The notes under the pieces: model-generated
The model's database searches: none
Told to the model about the DNA's origin: nothing
Seen by the model: only the letters and a program-made list of their open reading frames with translations
Assembly (NCBI GenBank): GCA_049999805.1
Contig: JBNGIO010005082.1
Coordinates: 1-42,268, forward strand
Source: Folioceros fuciformis
Lineage: Eukaryota
Direction: 5' to 3'
Length of the DNA stretch: 42,268 bases
Shown: in pieces, positions 33,796-42,268 of the stretch
Numbering within the stretch: position 1 is the stretch's first letter
How the letters are laid out: each line of letters opens with the position of its first letter
Translations under genes and position numbers: made by a program

Positions 33796-34098
33796 TTACG
33801 GGGAAATGCAACTGGGAGGGGGCTCTGCAAAACCAAATGTCCCGCAAGCTGCGACCATCCCCGCCAGCGCGTTCTCCACGAGGTAAGTACCGTTCCTCCC
33901 ACACAAGCAACTGTAGATGTCTCCCACGGTGACACAGCAGTCATGGCCGCTTGTGAAGATTCCGGTGATGCTAAAATCCACGCAAGCAGTAAGTCCAGCC
34001 AAGTAAACGTAACACGGCTCCTGCGCGAACAGTCCAAGAGGCGCCACTGCCACCAGCAACAGAGTCGTCCATGCAGCCAGCTTCATGTAAGGCGACAT
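33796..34098 (-). CDS. Small secreted 8-cysteine-motif protein, copy B
   Basis: Signal peptide MSPYMKLAAWTTLLLVAVA; pattern C..C..CC..CLC..C..C. Confidence 0.85.
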   Translation of the reverse strand: MSPYMKLAAWTTLLLVAVAPLGLFAQEPCYVYLAGLTACVDFSITGIFTSGHDCCVTVGDIYSCLCGRNGTYLVENALAGMVAACGTFGFAEPPPSCISP

Positions 34099-35634
34099 CT
34101 CAGACCGAGAGTGAAGGGAACAAGGCCCGAGGCAAGGAGAAACAGGAGAACCCGATTCCGACTTTCCGAAACTGCTCAGCCAGACGCTGGAAGTTGTGAC
34201 GCTGGTAGACGAGGTTGTGAGCGCACAGCACAGCACACAGCGAAGGGGAACTTGTAGGCTCCGGGGAAACGAGGTAGGTCATGGCAGCTTCTCTGTTGAA
34301 CAACTCATACCGCGTACCTCCGGCGTGAACGCTACACTTCGCGTGTGAGGACGGTCACAAATTCGTTCAGTGTCACCCTCTGATACCTGGCAGCTCAAAT
34401 TCATACCACTCCGTACTCATCGAGACTCTGGTAGTGCATGCGAATCATGGCTCTACAGCCTGCTCAACTTCCACCGGGATCTCAGTGAAATGAAAATGGG
34501 AAAGGCTCCCTAACACCGATGAAGGACAGACAAGAAGATTACCATCTAATCGTTCTCGTGAACCTGATAAACAGTACTGCTCCCTTGTTCCTCCCACCTG
34601 AAGTAAATCAATCAGCTACTAATGAAGGTGTTATAAACTTGTTCGTCCTTGCAGGATATCAGTTCACAACTGGAGAGGTGCTGTAAAGGTGCAGCAACAG
34701 AGGCCTCAACCAGACTGCAAATTTGGCCTCATCCAGCTGAAAAACCTTCACCAATCTGGTTAGCAGCTTCTGGTGCAACAGGCGATTCTCGTCCAAAGCC
34801 TACAGTCAGCCGGGGCCTCCTGTATCGAACTCCTGATGGGGATTCCCAAAAGGAATATTGCTTAGTCTGAAAAACAAGTGGGAAAACAAAACAGTGTCAT
34901 CGGAGCTCGAGGGGGTTGGAAAGGATATGTGACTGTACACTTGCTGATAGCAGAATGTGATGCTCTGGATTGTTTTCTCCCTGAGCTTCTGTTTGCATCT
35001 GGCATGCATTTTTGCAGTCTATCAAGGAATATTCAGTTCCGTTAGAATCTGCGTGTGAGATCAGAGGGGGTTCGATGGTTCGGGTACATCTGTTTGTGAC
35101 CATGTAGCTTGCATCTGCAGATTGGCCTGGAGATATCCTGGGCGTTGCAGGCACAATCAGCAACTGGAACGTTGAGCCTTCAACCTTTGAGTTTGGATCA
35201 TACAGTACTGAGGGACATGGAAAAAGTTCATCGATTTTTATTAATTCAGGAGACGCAACTGTGAAACTGACTGTTCGGACTCCTCATGGTGGTGCCGTGT
35301 TGGTTGCCAAACTGGGGCGGCTATGCGATGACACGAGAACCCTTCATTGCAACACTCCAAGACACGCGACCTTTCTTGCATTAAGACTTCAACCAAGTGT
35401 AGGAAAGCAGCAAGAAAAGTAGCCGAGTTTTGGATGGGAATCGCATTCTAAAGCTTACAAATATCTTGAGCAACCGGCTGTGAGTTGCAAGTAAAGTGAA
35501 CACCCTTGGGCATCAGAATCCATACCCTGTCCAATCTACGTCTTCTCTCAAATGTTAACACTAAGGTAGGTACTGTGGGAACATCAGCTTGTCGTCTGTC
35601 AACGGCAAACAGTAAGGTTGCCCAAAGTTGCAAC

Positions 35635-35955
35635 TTATGGCACACTACAACTCGCAAAGGGAAGTGTCAAACCAGTCGCCAAGCAACTTGCAACGAGCAC
35701 TTCCAGCGCGCTATCCACTCCAGGATCACCGTGGCTGGAAGTTTCACACAAGCACTTGTAGACGTCTTGTAAGGAGACACAGCACTGAACAAGCGCGTCG
35801 AACAGAGATCCGTTGGAGTTGAGGTCCAAGCAATCCTCTCCTCCAGGTAGGAAGTAAGCGTAACACTGTTCGCCCTGAGCGACCGCTGCGTGAGGACGTG
35901 CCACCGCTACCATGAACAGAGCTGTCCATGCAGCCAGCTTCAAGTAAGTCGACAT
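35635..35955 (-). CDS. Small secreted 8-cysteine-motif protein, copy C
   Basis: Signal peptide MSTYLKLAAWTALFMVAVA; pattern C..C..CC..CLC..C..C. Confidence 0.85.
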   Translation of the reverse strand: MSTYLKLAAWTALFMVAVARPHAAVAQGEQCYAYFLPGGEDCLDLNSNGSLFDALVQCCVSLQDVYKCLCETSSHGDPGVDSALEVLVASCLATGLTLPFASCSVP

Positions 35956-37179
35956 CGTCAAGCAATACCTTTGCGTGAAGTGGACAAGGCAAGGTGCAAC
36001 AGTAGCAAAAGGCTCCGAATTGCCGAAACTGCTCAGCCAGCGTTGATCTGCTGCTGGTAGACTCGGTAGAGTGGATGACTACACCCCGCAGTGGAACTTG
36101 TAGGCCGGCGAGAAAACAAGATAGGTGAATGCTGCTCTTCTGTTGAACAACTCACACTCCCGGCGTGAGGACTTCAATTCGCGAGGTAAGGATTGTAGGA
36201 GGCTGTTTTAGTGTAAGTGTAACCTTCTGATACCTCGGAGCTCGAATCTGTGCCAATCCGTCCCTGTCAGAAGGTAATCCATGCGAATCATTGTGCTACG
36301 GCCTGTGAACCTTCCTCCGGGAGCTCACCTCCATGGCTCCGACTGTTTGGAAAAAGTATCATGGTATCCGGCTGAAAGAGTAGGTCGCCATTATTGTGCT
36401 CCGGCCTGCGATTCGACGAAGCACATATCACGTCAAAGCGAGCTTCACCATGCCTGCAAAGCCCCGATTGCTACCTCCTCATAGTGACCAATACTGCTGC
36501 CAGTGATGGAGACGTATATATATTCATCATGCCTTAGAGCCATCTATGGTGGATCTGATGTAGTCACTCCAACTATTTCATTCAACGCATTTATTATATC
36601 CAAAATTAAAGAACCGCCATGAAGTTCGAGGGATGAGGAGATTGTTGAGTTCTTAGACTCTATTGAAGGATTGTGTTAGAGTGGGCGTAGTACATACCTA
36701 CTTTGGAAAGCTATGAGAAATTTATTCTTGTCTTTATTGTGGTGTGCAAATCTCAGGTTCCTCTGTCCGAGGAGGCCCAATCGACTCCAAAGTCCGTCGT
36801 TTGTAACTTGTCAGCGTTTTCTTGGAACGACATATTTTAGCACCACAGAAGGACTGACGTGCGTTAGGTTAGTATTTGGAGATAGCATGCGTAATGGAGG
36901 GAGATCTATGAGCCCCACGCAGCAGATTTCGTTTGGGAAGAGAAACTGTACACAAATTTTCTTGAAGAATCAAGACAATTAAAAACATCCCTCCCCTTCC
37001 CAAGGGCACACACGTAGGAGCTACCAAGGGAAGCAAATTGATTTTGATAATGTCTCTTGTAACTCATCTTGTGCCTGTGTGATCTATTCGAGATTCTGCT
37101 GCAGGCTCAGGATGACGTAGTCTGTAGGAACAAGCAGAAACGTAGCAACCTCCTCACACATCTCAAGTAATCCTATAAA

Positions 37180-38444
37180 TCAATTCCGAGGCTTTAAAAT
37201 GCGGTTCGCAACTTCTTCGAACGTAAGAACATCCTTTTTCCAGAGCCTGCAATAAAGATCCTGGACAGTTAAGCCAGAAAAGTTGGAAATGCAAATTGCT
37301 GGAATTGAGCACCGTCTGCTACTCACCAGCTATCGATACCCACGGCTTCTGCTCCTTGTTTGTCAGTAACGAAGTCATCTCCTACATGAACAGCTTCATT
37401 GGCTTGTACGGCCAGTTGTTCTGTAAAATTGTCCAAACTTAGGGTTCATGACACGTTAGCAGCATGTGGTGCCAGCACCCCACCTTCATTCCAACTTACC
37501 CAAAGCAGCTCGAAAAATCTGCGGGGCAGGCTTTTCATGACCGAGCTCTGATGAGACAATCACCGCATCAAACCTGCAAGCAGATTGTCTCATTTAAGAG
37601 GCCAAATTCTGGAAAACTGAGAGCTGTAACCGAGGGACAATAATTGACTCACAGACAGTCCACTCCAAGGTCGTGCAATATAGGCCGCAGTCTGGAGTCG
37701 AAGTTGGACACCACAGCAAGCTTCACTGCTCCGTGTAAATCCTGATTAGCATAAGGTAAAAGGGGGGAGGTAAAAAAAAAAAAAATCAGCAGCGTACCTC
37801 CTGCATCTTTCAGGGAATGCAATGCTTCCTGAGCTCCATCAGACACCTTCCAGGCATCGCCGCTAGCAAAATGCTGCATCAGGGAGCAAGACTCAGCTCG
37901 ATGTCCTGCCCCTAATTAGGGCTTGCGGCACAGGCGTGTCCTGGACTGAGACTGACTTGATACAGCTCCTCGAAGAAATCCACATCAGGACAGCCGGTTG
38001 CAGTGGCCACAGCATATCTCCAGAAGGGTCTTCCATCGCCCTGTGCATGCATGGGGGTTGCGAGAAGCCCAAAGCAACGCTGAGAAGCGAGTAAATAATG
38101 AGGGGGCTTATACGTTGTCCAATGCAACCAAATCAGCACACCTCATATCGCAAGCGCTCAGGCCATGGCTCCGTAAACGCCTTCTTGAATCCCTGCTTGA
38201 TTTCAGCTGGCGTCGTGTGCACACCGTACTTGGCTCCAATGGCAGCATACACTTCCGGCACAGGGCGTGCAGTTTCTAACAGAGTCCCTCCAACATCTAC
38301 CAGCAACGCATCGTACAGGGGCCGGCTTGGGCCTACAGAACCCCTGGCCGACGACACCTGCCACCTGAGATGCGGGATCCTGGAGGTAACTACTGGCTGC
38401 AAGAGCGGAACATTCAGCAGCGCCATTCTGCTGGACGCGGCCAT
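37180..38444 (-). CDS. HAD-superfamily hydrolase (HDHD3-like), probable organellar transit peptide; exons 38444-38142, 38040-37957, 37873-37798, 37725-37653, 37573-37500, 37420-37327, 37246-37180
   Basis: Motif [17 protein letters not shown], motif [36 protein letters not shown]. Six GT-AG introns in frame. Ser/Arg-rich N-terminus. Confidence 0.9.
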
Positions 38445-39114
38445 GCTTATTAGATTCACAATCAAACAGCACTAGGGCTCGGTTAACAGGGCTGCATCCG
38501 AGTTCTACAAGTGCTCTTCGGTCGAAAACCCCGTCGCCTGTCTCACGCTGGAGTTATGCCACCTCGTACTCTCAAATCTCATCTTCAAGGAAGGTTCCAA
38601 GCATGGACCAAATAGAATTATTCCATTGCCACGCGCTATCTGCGACGTTCTCCCTCCGATTTCCCCACAGCTTGCCCACTTTTGTTTCCAGAGCGGCACG
38701 CGAGCTCCCTAAGGTTTCTTGCGTCATCGCTGCAGACTGTGCTACGTGCAGTGGAGGAATTGCATCCGGTGTACAGGTATCCGCATGCATCAAGAGGCGG
38801 AGGTACGCGTTTGCTCGTTTTGCTCGGATCCAGCTCACGCTCGGTCCAGCGGCACCTTCGCTCAGGTGAGCGCCAGCAGATGCTCCGACTCAGGCGAACC
38901 TTACAATTTCGGGCGCCATTCCGTCTGGACTTGACAGACTTTCCGCTCAATTTTCGAGACTCAGACAGAAAGACCAGGCGCAATCAATTCCACTCAAGAT
39001 CCAGGCTCAACCTTCAAAACTTGCTGAGTTGAAACCCTAAATATTACGTCCTGTTAATAACAAGTGGGCAATTTCACTACCTGCAAGCTAGAATCAAAAT
39101 AGTCCCACGTCATA

Positions 39115-41418
39115 TCACTTCAGCAATGGAGCCCGTTGGGGAAGTGCCACCTGCAGCACGCCATTGCAAAGCAAAATAAGTCTCAAATAATTGAAGTAAT
39201 ATAAAAATAAATAAAAGCACTTACAAACATTACCTTCCTATGCTCCTCAATTCTAGCCTTGATGAAAGAATACAAAGCAACCCCAGCTATAGCAATTGCT
39301 GTTCCAACACCAGTCTGAGTCGAAATTGGATTCCCTGATGTTCCATATGTGTAAGCAAACACTTTCTCATGCGATTAATCGTGACAACACACACGAAATA
39401 TAAAACCTTACCGAAAACAAGAATAGAAAATCCAATAACAAATATTCGCTTCAAGACATTGCCAACTGCATGGGACAATGGTGCTACGCGCTCCAGTGTG
39501 TTAGTTGCAAGCTGCAAAATCATGAGAACGAGAACATAATCAACACACGATCAAATGTTAAGTGAGCACGACATTTTCTCATTCTTGAATAAGAGTATTA
39601 CGCATACCTGATTATATGTATGATAGAATAGTCCCACTAAGAGAAGATCGAATAGAAACTTTTGTAAGCCAATAGTTTGAAGAACATCTTCAATCCCATG
39701 AAGAAGTTCCTGCCCTTCCATCTGTTCTCAAAGTACCCACAAATATGTTACAATGAAATGAACTCTTCATCAAATGACGTTACTTAATTATCAATCTAGA
39801 TCTTACCAATATTGGGAGTGGGATACAGCATAGGAGTGACATTACTGTGATGTAAGCATAAACATTTGTACTATCCATACCAATCTGCAACATTGTGTTG
39901 GTGGGTTGTAAGCTCATCAAAACAAAACAGGGCATCAAACAAACAAGAGAAGAAACCAACTTGTTAAGTGTCATAGTACCATAGCCTTTTTGCTGTATAT
40001 GTTTCTATAGGTGAAAGCAACATTTGCGACCATTGCACCTGAAAATCCCAACCAATTGAAGGAAATCTCTGTCACAGACGCCATGCACACGCCTACACGA
40101 AGGTAATAAAATCAGTGATCAATCGATAATATGTCAATCTGCAATGCATCTTGACTATAATGTGTGTTTTGGAACAGGATAACATACCTACTACAACCGG
40201 GATCAAAGACAGCCATACAGTGTATGGAACTACTTGGTGTAAGATGAATCTTGTTGCTGTTGCACTGAAAAAAGGCTCCAAAGCTACATTTGAATGAAAC
40301 TTAATAAGAAACATGAGTCGAATACTATAACAATTACAAAAAAAATGGTTCATACCTTTAATGGTGTGTGTGAAAGAAACAGCCATTGTAGCAAAAGAGA
40401 TGTTTGTTGTCACATGGCCAATAGCATGGCAAATGGCTATTGGTAGAAGTAGAAAGAGTTGGTCTTTCGTGATTGTCTGTAACATGAACCCAAACGATGA
40501 AAGATTGAGGATCTCACATTCCTACAATATACAATGAGTTATTTAAGTAGCATGTCATTCAAAAACTTACAGCGCGCTTTGGGAGTCTCACAATCCATGA
40601 TATTAGACAATAAATTGTGCCCACAGTTAGCTCTATTGTTGACAAGAAACTGCCAACATGACCAAGCTAGTTAGAAAAGTACAAGAACGTTGTGCTTACT
40701 GAAAATGAATATGTACTTACTAGGGATATGGAAAGTAGTTGAGGATTTTCTTGTTGAGGATGTTGAAGATGACATTCAAGAAGTACCTAGTACATGGACA
40801 CATTAGCTGAAAGATATAGAGACAACATTATACATAGTTGTATGATGTATGAACTCCATGGATCTCTTACCACATGAAAAAGAAGAATGTTGTTAACAAT
40901 GTCGGATAATAAGCCACAAATGTTGCACGAAGTCCTCTGAAACAATCCCAAGACCAAGTTAATTAGGAATGGATCACCACAATCTAGTCTCTTCCTCCCC
41001 ATGACCATATCAAGTTTGTTAAAACAAACATTGAGTAAACAACAGAGATGGAAAAACACATAAATGCAAAAGAAGAGAATTGCCCACAAAAAGGTAATTG
41101 GCTGAAACCCCATAAATGGGAAAGAGGGGAAATGCCCACAAAAAGGTGATGGGCCGAAAACACATGAATGTGAAAGAGGAGAACTGCCCACAAAAAGGTG
41201 ATAGGCCAAAAACACATAAATGCCAAAGAGGAGAACCGCCCACAAAAAGATGATGGCTCGAAGAAGAAGAAGAATATACCCCAAAACAGCATAGGTAGCA
41301 AGACAAAGTACGTGAGATAATAAACTTACTTTGATGCAGAAGAAACTTGAGGGTCCCCATCCTCGTGTTCTAACAATGGCGCTTGAAGCTCATCCACAAC
41401 CACTTCATCATTTGCCAT
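39115..41418 (-). CDS. TPT: Divergent triose-phosphate/phosphate translocator (TPT) paralog; exons 41418-41330, 40936-40871, 40786-40721, 40649-40571, 40476-40356, 40283-40188, 40092-39980, 39884-39807, 39721-39608, 39511-39412, 39334-39234, 39150-39115
   Basis: TPT signatures [105 protein letters not shown]. Eleven GT-AG introns in frame. The 5' end is less certain. Confidence 0.9.
41052..41262. repeat. Intronic minisatellite, about 52-bp unit, about 4 copies
   Basis: Repeated aaaacacat(a/g)aatg...gagaa.(t/c)gcccacaaaaag(g)tgat within TPT intron 1. Confidence 0.85.
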
Positions 41419-42268
41419 CCCGGTAGAAATACTTCTACTACAACTCATGGTGCCCATAAGTTGAGTAAGGAGACAAGATAGACCCACAAAACTCCCTCCA
41501 ATGCCTTATTTCTATACAGAGAGTCAGACAACTGAGGATGCAAAAGAGCTCAGGTAGCTGCACATATATAGACATAATTTCGATGATGAAGTGTTGATGC
41601 TCCGATCGTCTACATGATTTGAATAAATGTTGCTCACAAAATAATAAGCTTTCGCCGAACGTCAAAGATGGATTCTCAATAGTAATAGAAATAATAAGGT
41701 TTTGTTGTGAGAGAACATATTTTGGAACTTTTAGGCGGAGGAGAGAAGGAAAAGGGAAGGCGGATTTAGGGCAGGGTTTAGGGTGGGAAATTAGGGTCCA
41801 GGGTGGAAAGGTGGAAGAGTGCAGGTGCAGGAGAGAGGACAGCGCGGCATTAGTGCGGTCGTGAAAGGCTGGTGGGCAAAAGCGGAATTGTGAAAGAAAG
41901 TACACGACTTGTGCAGGGGTGATAAGGCGTCAAAGAGTGATAAGGTAAGGAAAATGAAGTGGTCGTGAAAATGTGGAGGAGTCGTATGATGATCCAGACG
42001 GGAACGGCCGTAGCTTGCCAGCTCCTGCGGCGCCGTTGCCTCCTCACGACACTCTTGTCTGCCGTTTCGCCGCCTTTCGCCGCAGCAAACGGAACGGGCC
42101 CGTTGACAGACCGACGCTTGGGCGAAAGTGTTGGCGCTCCGTCCCACAGCTCCTGGCCACGCTATGCTGCCTGCGGTTGCTGCGGGCAATCGTTCCTGCC
42201 GCCTGCCGCCTGCTGGCCTGCTCAGTGCTGGGCCTGCGCTTTCCTGCCTGCTGCCGCCTCTTCTCCAG

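Noticed and set aside
41438-42189. Upstream minus-strand ORFs as the missing TPT transit peptide
   Set aside because: They start at GTG/TTG and I found no convincing in-frame splice to the 41418 exon. This cannot be fully excluded at the window edge.

Overview
Gene-dense eukaryotic nuclear DNA from a land plant. Short GT-AG introns (mostly about 70-175 nt), tight gene spacing and the gene content suggest a seed-free plant such as a hornwort or other bryophyte; this is inference. In order, the window holds a non-autonomous pogo/Tc1-mariner-type DNA transposon, three LEA_2/NHL-type genes, a 5-exon 11S legumin-like storage globulin, an LRR receptor-kinase pseudogene, a SUB1-like/O-fucosyltransferase-family gene, an 8-exon orphan hybrid histidine kinase, a TDP2-like EEP nuclease, an intronless VAMP71, a 5-exon gene resembling cyanobacterial LptC, three divergent 8-Cys secreted protein genes, a HAD hydrolase and a 12-exon triose-phosphate-translocator paralog. 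The two most striking observations: (1) the spliced 29659-31531 gene, invisible in the ORF track, looks like a cyanobacterial LptC-type beta-jellyroll lipid-bridge protein; (2) the TPT paralog appears to have swapped its plastid transit peptide for an acidic dileucine signal, with PLL motifs at both ends. All family calls are from manual motif recognition; no searches were run.
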